Shown here: positions 17,019-26,279 of the stretch, piece by piece | How positions within the stretch are numbered: position 1 is the stretch's first letter | How the letters are laid out: the number at the start of each line of letters is the position of its first letter | Origin: Acutalibacteraceae bacterium | Lineage (GTDB): Bacteria > Bacillota > Clostridia > Oscillospirales > Acutalibacteraceae | DNA length: 64,000 bases | Direction of reading: 5' to 3' | NCBI GenBank assembly: GCA_045595445.1 | Contig: JAZOAK010000023.1 | Location: forward strand, 44,121 to 108,120 | Notes under the pieces: generated by a model | The model's input: the letters and a program-made list of their open reading frames with translations, nothing else | Told to the model about the DNA's origin: nothing | Databases searched by the model: none | Made by a program: the position numbers and the translations under genes

Positions 17019-18236
17019 TCACTTCTCCTCCTTTACGACGTCATGGTCGATGATAGCTTTGGCGGGAACGGTCGCACCCGCGCCGACCGTAACACCCGAG
17101 GCGATCACGGCGACTCCCCACTCATCCAGTTCTTGCATATCCTCCGGTCGCATACCGACCATTGCCTTTTCTTCAACAACCGCGTTTTCTGCAACGATGG
17201 CGTATTGCACTACCGCGTCCTTTTTCACGGTAACGCCCGGCATAATGATAGAGTCACGGATTTGTGCCCCCTCCTCAATGGTAACGCCGGCAAACAGCAC
17301 ACTGAAATCCACGTTACCGTGAATTTCACCGCCCTCAGAGATCATACTGTTCTGTACTTTGGCGGTGTTGCTGATGGAATGCGGCGGCAAACCGGTTGTA
17401 CGGGAATAGATACGCCAGGTATCGTCCGACAGATCCAACGGAACCTTGGGGTTAAGCAGATCCATATTGGCTTCCCACAAACTGTCGATGGTCCCCACGT
17501 CTTTCCAATATCCCTCGAAGCGATACGCGAACATCCGCTCACCCGCACCCAACATGGCAGGCAACACGTTCTTACCAAAATCGTTTTGTGAGTTCGGATC
17601 GTTCTCGTCTGCCGTGAGATACGCCTTTAATTTTTTCCAATTAAATACGTAAATACCCATGGATGCTAAATTGCTTTTCGGATTCTTCGGTTTCTCCTCG
17701 AATTCATACACCGTATTATCAGGGTGCGTGTTGAGGATGCCGAAACGGCTCGCTTCCTCCCACTCCACCTCAATAACCGCAATGGTGCAATCGGCATTAT
17801 TCTTCTTATGTTCCGCAATCATTTTGGCATAATCCATCTTATAAATATGATCGCCCGAAAGCACCAACACGTATTCGGGATCGTACCGTTCGATGAACAC
17901 CATATTCTGATAGATCGCGTTGGCGGTTCCCTTGTACCAGTCCGCCCCCTTGTTGCGCTGATACGGCGGCAACACGTGAACGCCCGCCCCCATACGGTCG
18001 AGATCCCACGGCTCGCCCGAACCGATATAGTCACTCAACTCCAATGGTTGATACTGTGTCAGCACACCGACCGTTTCAATGCCGGAGTTAACACAGTTGG
18101 ACAGCGGAAAATCAATGATGCGATACTTGCCGCCGTACGGAACGGCGGGCTTGGCAACGGTGGTTGTCAGCGCATACAAACGACTTCCCTGCCCACCTGC
18201 GAGCAGCATTGCTACACATTCTTGCTTGCGAAACAT
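17019..18236 (-). CDS. glgC: Glucose-1-phosphate adenylyltransferase
   Basis: 405 aa with LAGGQGSRL, followed by a left-handed beta-helix C-terminus. Confidence 0.9.
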   Translation of the reverse strand: MFRKQECVAMLLAGGQGSRLYALTTTVAKPAVPYGGKYRIIDFPLSNCVNSGIETVGVLTQYQPLELSDYIGSGEPWDLDRMGAGVHVLPPYQRNKGADWYKGTANAIYQNMVFIERYDPEYVLVLSGDHIYKMDYAKMIAEHKKNNADCTIAVIEVEWEEASRFGILNTHPDNTVYEFEEKPKNPKSNLASMGIYVFNWKKLKAYLTADENDPNSQNDFGKNVLPAMLGAGERMFAYRFEGYWKDVGTIDSLWEANMDLLNPKVPLDLSDDTWRIYSRTTGLPPHSISNTAKVQNSMISEGGEIHGNVDFSVLFAGVTIEEGAQIRDSIIMPGVTVKKDAVVQYAIVAENAVVEEKAMVGMRPEDMQELDEWGVAVIASGVTVGAGATVPAKAIIDHDVVKEEK

Positions 18237-18428
18237 AGAAAGACCCCTTTCAAGACATATTGTCCATATTCATCATATCAAACCTTCTCATAAAAATCAA
18301 GCACATTTTGGTTGTTTTCCGAAAATGTTATAAGTCGTATCGGTTAGTTATTGTGCAATTTAGCCAAAAATCGAGTCATATTTTTCTCAAGTCTTCAGTA
18401 TAGCAGAAGCAGCATAAAAAATACGGTC

Positions 18429-18460
18429 GAAAAAAATCACCCTGATTGAAATCAGGGTGA
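18429..18460 (-). terminator. Intrinsic terminator of mazF
   Basis: Stem TCACCCTGAT/ATCAGGGTGA with a 4-nt loop and T7 on the minus strand. Confidence 0.75.
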
Positions 18461-18464
18461 AGTG

Positions 18465-18812
18465 TTACATAAGACCAAAGCTGATCTGTAAGGCATGATC
18501 AATGCGCGTCATGGCGGTATCGTCGAGGCGACCCATATGTTCACGCAGACGTTTTTTATCAATGGTACGGATTTGTTCGAGCAGTACAACAGAATCCCGC
18601 GTAAGCCCGCTCCCCTCAGTATCCACCTGAATATGCGTCGGTAAACGTGCCTTATCTTTTTGGCTGGTAATCGCAGCAGCGATCACAGTAGGGCTGTGGC
18701 GATTACCCACGTCGTTCTGAACAATGAGAACGGGGCGTGTTCCCCCTTGCTCCGAACCGATAACCGGACTGAGATCGGCATAGTAAATATCTCCGCGGCG
18801 AATGTTCATCAT
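18465..18812 (-). CDS. mazF: MazF/PemK (EndoA-like) endoribonuclease toxin
   Basis: 115 aa. [33 protein letters not shown] is the classic PemK/MazF core. An AAAGGAGGG RBS is present. Confidence 0.85.
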   Translation of the reverse strand: MMNIRRGDIYYADLSPVIGSEQGGTRPVLIVQNDVGNRHSPTVIAAAITSQKDKARLPTHIQVDTEGSGLTRDSVVLLEQIRTIDKKRLREHMGRLDDTAMTRIDHALQISFGLM

Positions 18813-18945
18813 CGCGTGTCCCTCCTTTTTATCTTCCGAAAATAGTTTGTCCTTAAATTCGGTCTCTTAATCATTGTATGCTCGTCCAACGGATTTGACA
18901 TAAAAGACAGACGATGCACATACGATGCAAAAAGGGGGAACAAAA

Positions 18946-19494
18946 ATGGGAATTGCCGAAGATATTTACGCACGATGCCGCGTGTGTACCGACAAGGCGA
19001 CAGCCGTGCTGATTGATATGATTGACAACCATACACTCGAACCGACGGCGGTGCTTGCGCGACGCACGGCGGCAGATATTGCAGGTGATACGACGTACGC
19101 GTTGCTCTGCCGCGCCTTCATCACGCCCATTGATCGTGAGGACCTATGGTTACTGCGAGAAGCTGCCGAACACGTGTGGTGTACGGCGGAGAATACAGCT
19201 ATACTGCTGTATCATTGCGGACGGCAATTGCCCGGTGCGTGTGAACCTGTTGTTCGTGGGGCAGCCACTTGCTGTACGGCAGCAGGACAAGTCGCCGAGG
19301 TGTTCCCAAGTCCTGATACCATCGCGCAGCAAATGCGCGTACTGCGTGAAGCACAGCACACCTGCCACATAACCTTGCACAACTGTTTTGCAGACGTGAC
19401 CGTACGTCGCATCTGTGAAAGTGCGTTTCGTGTCATCGATTCGTGCGAGCAATTGATCGCCGTTTTACGCTATACGGCAATGAAGAACGGATAA
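18946..19494 (+). CDS. DUF47 (PhoU-like) family protein
   Basis: Helical protein with the motif FITPIDREDL, typical of DUF47. I chose the ATG at 18946, which follows AGGGGGAA. Confidence 0.65.
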   Translation: MGIAEDIYARCRVCTDKATAVLIDMIDNHTLEPTAVLARRTAADIAGDTTYALLCRAFITPIDREDLWLLREAAEHVWCTAENTAILLYHCGRQLPGACEPVVRGAATCCTAAGQVAEVFPSPDTIAQQMRVLREAQHTCHITLHNCFADVTVRRICESAFRVIDSCEQLIAVLRYTAMKNG

Positions 19495-19602
19495 GAACCC
19501 GACCCGCCAGCGCAATTAAAATTGCGGGCGGGTGCCCCGGAACCTTGTTGTATTCACAATAAAAAAACAGCCTTTCCAAAAAGGAAAGACTGTTTTCTTG
19601 TA

Positions 19603-20184
19603 TCAGGATTTTTTCTTACGAATACGGAAACTGAGAAGTACCACCAGTTGGGCAGGCACCCACAGGAAAACCAAAGACCACAGATCCGAAACATGGGAAC
19701 GAAAAATAAAATACACCAACGCAAACAAGGAAGCGACCAGCAACGAAACGGTCAGCACGTTATAGCGTCCGCGTTGCCACACACTGTTGAGCACCAACAA
19801 GGTAATCAGCGACACCGGTACGGCAGACAGAAACACTAACCAGATCAATTTACCAAGTGTCCAATGCAGGATCAAGAACAATAGAATCGCCAACGTCCAA
19901 ATGCCCACCAGGCAAACCCCGGTCACCATAGACGGACTGTAATGGATCTTGGCGGTTTTGCCGTCCCAAGCATCGTGAGAGGTAAGCAACCAATCCACCG
20001 TCACACCGAACAGATCCGCAATCGCCTTGGCAACCGCCAGATCCGGCATTCCCTCCGCGCGTTCCCACTTGGAAACCGATTTATCTGAGTAATTGAGCGC
20101 TTCCGCAAGCTGTGCCTGCGTCATACCGGCATCGGTGCGCAAGCGAATCAGGTTACCCGCAAACACGTCTTTAATCTGTTCCAC
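19603..20184 (-). CDS. Membrane-anchored XRE-family HTH regulator
   Basis: HTH MTQAQLAEALNYSDKSVSKWERAEG followed by about 4 TM segments. The GTG at 20184 is preceded by GAAAGGAGAA and overlaps the upstream gene by 14 nt. Confidence 0.7.
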   Translation of the reverse strand: MEQIKDVFAGNLIRLRTDAGMTQAQLAEALNYSDKSVSKWERAEGMPDLAVAKAIADLFGVTVDWLLTSHDAWDGKTAKIHYSPSMVTGVCLVGIWTLAILLFLILHWTLGKLIWLVFLSAVPVSLITLLVLNSVWQRGRYNVLTVSLLVASLFALVYFIFRSHVSDLWSLVFLWVPAQLVVLLSFRIRKKKS

Positions 20185-21058
20185 GATCAGTTCTCCTTTC
20201 TTCCAAGCGTAGGACTTCTTCCACGATCGCCCCTGCAACGTCCACACCGGTACAAGCGGTGATGCCCGCCATTTGCGCGTTGGAATTGACCTCACAAACC
20301 AATCCGCCTTTTAGCAAATCCACACCGCCGAAGTGCAATCCTAATAAGCGACAGCAACGCACCGCGAGCGTTTCTTCCTCAGGTGTGGGAGTATACGCAA
20401 GTGCCTTGCCGCCGTGTGCGATGTTCGCGCGAAAATCCGAAGGGTTTTCCCGCTTCATGGCGGCAACTACGCGGTCACCGACCACGTACAAACGCTTATC
20501 TTCACCTGCCGCATCGCGGATAAATTCCTGCAACAAAAACGGGCGATGGTGCATGCCGTACGCAAGCGTACGAAGTTGCTCGCACGTTTCAGCCAAATAG
20601 ACCTGCTCACCAAGCGAGCCGAAGCACTCCTTGACCACCAACGGAAACCCAAGTTCGCTTTCCGCCGCGATTAAAAACGATTCAATCGGTTCGGCAACCT
20701 CAACGTAGGTCATCGGAGCAAGCAGGGTTTTCGGCATGGGGATAGCGTTCTCCGCCAGCACGCGGTGCGTTTCACTTTTATCATCGCACAATGCGACGGC
20801 GGCGGCGGAATTGTATACCGAAACACCGGCAGACTCCAAGGCACGCGCCAAGCGCGTATCCTTATCCCAAAACAACACCACGTCACCCGCACGGACAGGC
20901 TCCACCGACACCGCGGGTGCCAACGCAACAGTACATTCCGTGTTTTTAAGAACGCGCACATCCACACCTGCTCGCAACAGTGCGGCTTCCAGCCGTTGAA
21001 CCGGGTCGGGCGGAAACGCATTCCAAAAGCCGTTATAAATCACAAAATACGTTTTCAT
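20171..21058 (-). CDS. RimK-type ATP-grasp ligase family protein
   Basis: 295 aa with ATP-grasp motifs (LVVKECFGSLGEQVYL, DFRANIAHGGKA, GGVDLL). Confidence 0.75.
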   Translation of the reverse strand: MKTYFVIYNGFWNAFPPDPVQRLEAALLRAGVDVRVLKNTECTVALAPAVSVEPVRAGDVVLFWDKDTRLARALESAGVSVYNSAAAVALCDDKSETHRVLAENAIPMPKTLLAPMTYVEVAEPIESFLIAAESELGFPLVVKECFGSLGEQVYLAETCEQLRTLAYGMHHRPFLLQEFIRDAAGEDKRLYVVGDRVVAAMKRENPSDFRANIAHGGKALAYTPTPEEETLAVRCCRLLGLHFGGVDLLKGGLVCEVNSNAQMAGITACTGVDVAGAIVEEVLRLEERRTDRGTD

Positions 21059-22218
21059 GTAAAACTATGCTCCATGGTTAACACAACAAACAATCGCGGA
21101 TCCACCAATTGCAAGCGACGCTCAATTTCCGCTTGCAAATCGGTTTTTTGGTACTTAAACGGAACCACCACGTCAAAAATCACGTTAATGCGCTGCTCAC
21201 CGCGCACCAGACGAAAATCATGAAGGCTCAGAGCGGAATCAATGTCTTGCAAGATCGTCTCGGTCAAGATCCGCAACTCCCGCACTTGTTCATCCTGTGT
21301 ATCCACCGGATCCATGTGAATACACGCCGTGATATTAAGCTCATGAACCAAACGGCGCTCGACGGCATCGACCAACTCATGGCTGTGCAAAATGTCACCG
21401 TGCGCCGGCACTTCCGCGTGCAACGACACAATACAGCGACCGGGACCGTAATTGTGCACGATAAGATCGTGAATACCAACGATCCCTTCGTTTTCAAGCA
21501 CAATGCGACGAATCTGCTCTACCAGTTGCGGATCGGGTGCCTCACCGAGTAATGGCGACAGCGTTTCTTTCATTACCGAGAAACCGGACCAAATGACAAA
21601 CAGTGAAACCGCCGCACCAACGTAACCGTCGATCGGAAGATCGGTAAAACAGGTAAACACTGAGGAAAGCAATACCACCAAGGTACAGATCACGTCGTTG
21701 CGGCTGTCCGTTGCAGCCGCTATCAGGGTGTTCGACCGAATGCAGTCACCGATCTGTCGATTAAAGTGTGCCATCCACAGTTTCACAAGGATGGATGCCA
21801 CCAAAATCACCGCCGTCACCCACGAAAAGGCAGAAACAGACGGCTCTAAGATCTTTTCAACGGCACTTTTCGCAAGTTCAATACCTGCAAGCATAATCAG
21901 CGCCGCCACAGTCAATGCAGACAGATATTCCATCCTTCCGTGACCAAAAGGGTGTTCCTCATCCGGCGGTGACCCCGCCAAACGGAAACCAACCAACGTC
22001 ACCACGGAAGAACCGGCATCCGACAAGTTGTTAAACGCATCGGCAATAATGGCAACACTGCCGGAAAGAGCACCGGCAAGCAACTTAAACAAAAACAGCA
22101 GAACGTTTGCCGCAAGGCCCGCCACGCCGGCAAGCTTGCCGTATGCAGTACGGACGGAAGGCGCCGTAATGTTTTCGTGATCCCGAACGAAACGGCGAAT
22201 CAACGCTTTGGTAAGCAC
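21055..22218 (-). CDS. Cation diffusion facilitator (CDF) family metal efflux transporter
   Basis: 387 aa with 6 TM segments and a cytoplasmic domain. Conserved HxxxD-type motifs are present (IIADAFNNLSD, ATDSRND). GTG start with a GGGGAGGA RBS. Confidence 0.85.
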   Translation of the reverse strand: MLTKALIRRFVRDHENITAPSVRTAYGKLAGVAGLAANVLLFLFKLLAGALSGSVAIIADAFNNLSDAGSSVVTLVGFRLAGSPPDEEHPFGHGRMEYLSALTVAALIMLAGIELAKSAVEKILEPSVSAFSWVTAVILVASILVKLWMAHFNRQIGDCIRSNTLIAAATDSRNDVICTLVVLLSSVFTCFTDLPIDGYVGAAVSLFVIWSGFSVMKETLSPLLGEAPDPQLVEQIRRIVLENEGIVGIHDLIVHNYGPGRCIVSLHAEVPAHGDILHSHELVDAVERRLVHELNITACIHMDPVDTQDEQVRELRILTETILQDIDSALSLHDFRLVRGEQRINVIFDVVVPFKYQKTDLQAEIERRLQLVDPRLFVVLTMEHSFT

Positions 22219-22751
22219 TTAAAATCCTCCCCTTCCGCGAGATCACGACCAATGACCTTACCGATCGCCTCAAACACAAAACGGAAATATCCCGCTCCGT
22301 AATGATGAAATTGACGGCGACGTAACATCTCCGCCAACTGTGCAACCGTAACCCATCGTGCTTGCGATACCTCCTCGCGTTGTAAACGCATATCCGGTAC
22401 CGCAATATCACGGCGTACCAAAAACACGTCACACAGCGAGTTGCGGCGCACCAAACGACCGAGAAACTCAAATTCCGCGTCCGGCAGTTGAATACCCAAT
22501 TCCTCACTCAACTCGCGTCGCGCTGCATCCGGACTTTCCTCCCCGGCGATGACAGAACCGCTGGTAACCGCCCAGATGTTCGGCATCAATTTGCGGTGCT
22601 TTGAACGGCGCTGAATCAGCACGCGATCAACGGAGTTGACGACCCAAATATGAACCACTTTATGGTGTTCGCCCGCGCGCAACCGCTCACCGCGCCGAAT
22701 CGTACGACCAAGCGACACACCGTTGCGATCGAACAGATCCCAGTGTTCCAC
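22200..22751 (-). CDS. NUDIX hydrolase
   Basis: Nudix box GSVIAGEESPDAARRELSEELGI. GTG start. The 3' end overlaps the CDF start by 19 nt. Confidence 0.8.
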   Translation of the reverse strand: MEHWDLFDRNGVSLGRTIRRGERLRAGEHHKVVHIWVVNSVDRVLIQRRSKHRKLMPNIWAVTSGSVIAGEESPDAARRELSEELGIQLPDAEFEFLGRLVRRNSLCDVFLVRRDIAVPDMRLQREEVSQARWVTVAQLAEMLRRRQFHHYGAGYFRFVFEAIGKVIGRDLAEGEDFKCLPKR

Positions 22752-22888
22752 GTATCATCAACTCCTTTCCAAGCAATATCTCCTTATATTTTACCTTCTT
22801 TTGGCATAAATGTCCACCTTTTTTTATTGACACGACAACAGACTTTGCGTACAATGGTAGGTATATTATGAAAGTGAGGTGTGCCGCC

Positions 22889-23686
22889 ATGGAAAACGTA
22901 CGCTTGGATGCGCTGGTACGAGAGCAGTTTTGTGTATCACCGGAAGAAGCAACCGGTCTTATCATGGCGGGACGTATTTGGATCGGTCACGTACCGATGG
23001 ACAAGCCCGGCATGACCGTATCGGCAGATACGAAACTCACACTCCTTGAAAAACCGAAAAAATACGCCAGCCGTTCGGGATATAAACTGGCAAAGGCTTT
23101 GCAAGTGTTCTCGCCCGACGTCGCGGGTAAAATTGTCTGCGATATCGGCGCCAGCAACGGCGGCTTCACGGATTGCCTCCTGCAAAACGGTGCCGCGCAC
23201 GTGTATTCCGTTGACGTGGCATACGGTATTCTCGCATGGGAACTGCGCAATGATGAACGCGTCACCGTGTTGGAACGCACTAACGCCCGCAATCTGACCC
23301 CCGAACAACTCGGCGCGATGTGTGACCTTGTCACCGCCGACGTGTCTTTTATCTCGCTCACCAAAATATTCCCGGCGATGCGGCGGGTACTGATTCCAAA
23401 CGGTGTCGTTATCACGCTCATCAAACCGCAGTTCGAAGCCCAGCGCCATCAACTCGGCAAAAACGGCGTACTTAAAGATCCTGCCGATCTGCCGCCGCTG
23501 TTGTGCCGTTTGTTTGATTCAGCAGCAGAAAATGGGCTGTACGTAAAAGACTTAACCGTATCCCCCATTCACGGCACCAACGGAAACGTGGAATATTTAG
23601 CATATTTTGAAAGTGACGCGCCGCTTGACAGTGAGCAGCAACAACACCTGATCGATAAAGCGCTGGCCCAAACGCCGGATGATTGA
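22889..23686 (+). CDS. tlyA: TlyA-family rRNA 2'-O-methyltransferase (S4 domain plus FtsJ-like)
   Basis: The S4 N-terminus is RLDALV. The SAM-binding motif is DIGASNGGFTDCLLQNGA. Confidence 0.85.
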   Translation: MENVRLDALVREQFCVSPEEATGLIMAGRIWIGHVPMDKPGMTVSADTKLTLLEKPKKYASRSGYKLAKALQVFSPDVAGKIVCDIGASNGGFTDCLLQNGAAHVYSVDVAYGILAWELRNDERVTVLERTNARNLTPEQLGAMCDLVTADVSFISLTKIFPAMRRVLIPNGVVITLIKPQFEAQRHQLGKNGVLKDPADLPPLLCRLFDSAAENGLYVKDLTVSPIHGTNGNVEYLAYFESDAPLDSEQQQHLIDKALAQTPDD

Positions 23687-23694
23687 GGTAACGT

Positions 23695-24654
23695 ATGAAA
23701 CGAGTATTGTGTTTAATGGCAGCATTGTGCCTACTTTTGACGGGATGTGTCGGCAATACGACACCCCCCACCACGTCGTCCACGACCGATACAACCGCAT
23801 TTATCACAACAACCACGACGACGGAAGCCACTACCACAACCACAACGATCACAACGGTGAGTGGCTCTTTGAGCGTGGTCACAACTCAACCGAATAATCC
23901 CGACGGTTTTGCTTTAACCGATGAGCAAGTAGCCAACCTTGATGCGTTGATCGCTTCATACGAGGGCGAGGTAGCTGTTGGGTATTACGACATCACCTCC
24001 GGATACCAATACACGTACAAGGGGGATACGACCTTTGCCGCCGCCAGCCTGATGAAAGCGCCTTTTTGTCGCTATGTATTGGGCATGGCAGAACAAAACG
24101 ACATCGATCTCTCGTCAAGCGAGATGACCTACACCGAGGATATGCTTCTCAGCGGCACGGGCAGCATCAAGAACGCCGAATTTGGAACGGTATATACGCA
24201 TGAGGAACTGATAAAACTCTGCATCCGCAAGAGCGATAACATTGCTTTCAAAATGTTGCGGCAGGTCTATCCGCCGGAGAGCTTTAAGCAGTATGCACGC
24301 TCCATCGGAATTACGGACATTTACGGCATCAAAAACGTCAGCAGCAGCAACATCACCGCTGTGAACGCCATCACCTATATGAAGGATATCTATTCCTACA
24401 TCACAAGTGACACGCTGTACGGCCAAACGTTGGAAACACACATGCGCAACACCGTTTACCCCATGATTCGTTCCAAGTACCCGGTCGTGCGTAAACACGG
24501 CTGGATGAAAGGTGCCTACCACGATATGGCGATCATCAAAGCCCCCCGCCCGTACATACTGGTCATCCTGTCCGATCACAGCGAAGGCGCCGATGAAGAC
24601 AAAGCCATGTTCCGCACGATCTCCGAAGCCGTAGAAGCCGTATCGGGAAACTAA
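23695..24654 (+). CDS. Class-A beta-lactamase-like serine hydrolase lipoprotein
   Basis: Lipobox LLTGC, a poly-Thr linker, SxxK (SLMK), SDN, and a KHG in place of KTG. Confidence 0.7.
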   Translation: MKRVLCLMAALCLLLTGCVGNTTPPTTSSTTDTTAFITTTTTTEATTTTTTITTVSGSLSVVTTQPNNPDGFALTDEQVANLDALIASYEGEVAVGYYDITSGYQYTYKGDTTFAAASLMKAPFCRYVLGMAEQNDIDLSSSEMTYTEDMLLSGTGSIKNAEFGTVYTHEELIKLCIRKSDNIAFKMLRQVYPPESFKQYARSIGITDIYGIKNVSSSNITAVNAITYMKDIYSYITSDTLYGQTLETHMRNTVYPMIRSKYPVVRKHGWMKGAYHDMAIIKAPRPYILVILSDHSEGADEDKAMFRTISEAVEAVSGN

Positions 24655-24666
24655 TTCCACCAAAAA

Positions 24667-24704
24667 AACGCGTCGAAGGACATCTCGTCCCTCGACGCGT
24701 TTTC
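24667..24704. terminator. Bidirectional terminator between convergent genes
   Basis: Stem ACGCGTCGA..GGAC/GTCC..TCGACGCGT flanked by A7 and a T-run. Confidence 0.75.
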
Positions 24705-26279
24705 TTATGTAAGTGAATCGATCAACTGCCGGGCACAACGGATACCGTCAACGGCAGCGGACGTAATACCACCCGCATATCCGGCACCCTCACCGCACGG
24801 ATACAGCCCTCTCACAGCGGATTGACAAGTATCGTCACGCATGATTTTAACAGGGGAAGAACTGCGTGCCTCCACCCCCGTAAGCACTGCATCATAGCGG
24901 TCAAAGCCGGCGATCTGCCTCCCAAAACGCGGCAACGCCTGCTTTAAGGCTGCCGACACAAACGGCGGCAAACAGCCGCGCAGATCGGAGAGTGTCGTCC
25001 CCGGCTGATAGGAAGGCTGCACCTCCCCGAGTGCCGTGCCGGCGGTATCTGCCAGAAAATCGCCAACCAACTGAATCGGGGCACGGTAATCTCCGCCGCC
25101 GAGTATAAAAGCAGCTTGTTCCAATTGCCGTTGCAAAGCCACACCGGCAAGTGGCGAAGCATCGGGCATATCGTCAGGGGTAACGTTTACAAGCAACGCG
25201 CTGTTGGAATTTTCCGCATCACGTGCAAACTCACTCATGCCGTTGACACACACGCCCCCCTCCTCCGAGGCGGCGGCGATCACCACCCCACCGGGACACA
25301 TACAAAACGAATACACACTTCTGCCGTTTTCCAAATGGCACGCAAGTTTATAATCCGCTGCTCCGAGCGCGGGATGGTCGGCAAAACTGCCGTATTGACT
25401 GCGATCGATCATGCGGCGCGGATGTTCAATACGGACACCGACCGCAAACGGTTTTTTCGCCATCGCAATACCGCAACTTTGTAACATGGCAAAGGTATCC
25501 CGCGCACTGTGACCGACGGCAAGAATCAAGTGCGTGCAGTCGATCTCCTCACACTCATTCACGGTAACACCGCAAAGCGTTCCGTGTTCAATGTGAAGAT
25601 CAGTAACCGTCGCCCCAAAGCGCACCTCTCCGCCAAGTGCCACGATGCGTTCTCTAAGACCACGCACCGCGACACACAACTTATCCGTTCCCACGTGCGG
25701 TTTTGCTTGCCACAGTATTTCCGACGGCGCACCCGCTAAAACTAACTCCTCCAACACGTAACGGATACGCGGATCTTTAATGCCGGTATTCAACTTACCA
25801 TCGGAAAATGTACCGGCACCGCCTTCACCGAATTGAACGTTGGAATGGGGATCCAGTACCCCCATACGCCGAAACAAGTCAACTGCCGCGCGGCGTTGTT
25901 CCACCGATTCACCGCGTTCGAGCACCAGTGGCCGCAAGCCGGCACGTGCTAAAACCAAAGCGGCAAACAACCCCGAAGGACCGCTTCCCACCACCACAGG
26001 ACGATGGGTTGTCTTCGGTACGCTCGGAACATCCAACACCGTCGGCAACAACGGCATCACCTCAGGCAAACGCAAATACGCAGTTTCATCGCCGACAACG
26101 CTGACCACCGCCGTGATCTGAAACACAACCGCATCCTTGCGGCGCGCATCCACCGAGCGCTTGTATAAACGGCAGTCGGTAATCTTGTCTGCCGCGATTT
26201 TTATTTTTTTCGAAACGGCACGGAGCAGATCCTCATCGGTATACGACAGCGGCAATTTAATACCGCCTACCTTGATCAT
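24705..26279 (-). CDS. FAD-dependent protein (COG2509-type uncharacterised dehydrogenase)
   Basis: Dinucleotide fold VVVGSGPSGLFAAL and GAGTFSDGKL. The ATG at 26279 overlaps the upstream stop (ATGA). Confidence 0.8.
   Translation of the reverse strand: MIKVGGIKLPLSYTDEDLLRAVSKKIKIAADKITDCRLYKRSVDARRKDAVVFQITAVVSVVGDETAYLRLPEVMPLLPTVLDVPSVPKTTHRPVVVGSGPSGLFAALVLARAGLRPLVLERGESVEQRRAAVDLFRRMGVLDPHSNVQFGEGGAGTFSDGKLNTGIKDPRIRYVLEELVLAGAPSEILWQAKPHVGTDKLCVAVRGLRERIVALGGEVRFGATVTDLHIEHGTLCGVTVNECEEIDCTHLILAVGHSARDTFAMLQSCGIAMAKKPFAVGVRIEHPRRMIDRSQYGSFADHPALGAADYKLACHLENGRSVYSFCMCPGGVVIAAASEEGGVCVNGMSEFARDAENSNSALLVNVTPDDMPDASPLAGVALQRQLEQAAFILGGGDYRAPIQLVGDFLADTAGTALGEVQPSYQPGTTLSDLRGCLPPFVSAALKQALPRFGRQIAGFDRYDAVLTGVEARSSSPVKIMRDDTCQSAVRGLYPCGEGAGYAGGITSAAVDGIRCARQLIDSLT

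Noticed and set aside
18809-19036. A 75-aa minus-strand ORF, or its 30-aa internal version starting at 18901, overlapping the mazF start by ATGA. Considered as a candidate antitoxin.
   Set aside because: It overlaps the DUF47 gene start on the opposite strand. It has no RBS at either start. The peptide is strongly basic (..[14 protein letters not shown]), unlike the acidic MazE-type antitoxin C-termini, and shows no RHH or AbrB pattern.
23472-23882. A 136-aa minus-strand ORF with poly-Val runs, and an apparent ACC/ACG-rich nucleotide repeat.
   Set aside because: It is the antisense reading of the poly-Thr linker of the lipoprotein gene (23695-24654). This is low-complexity coding sequence, not an independent gene or repeat element.
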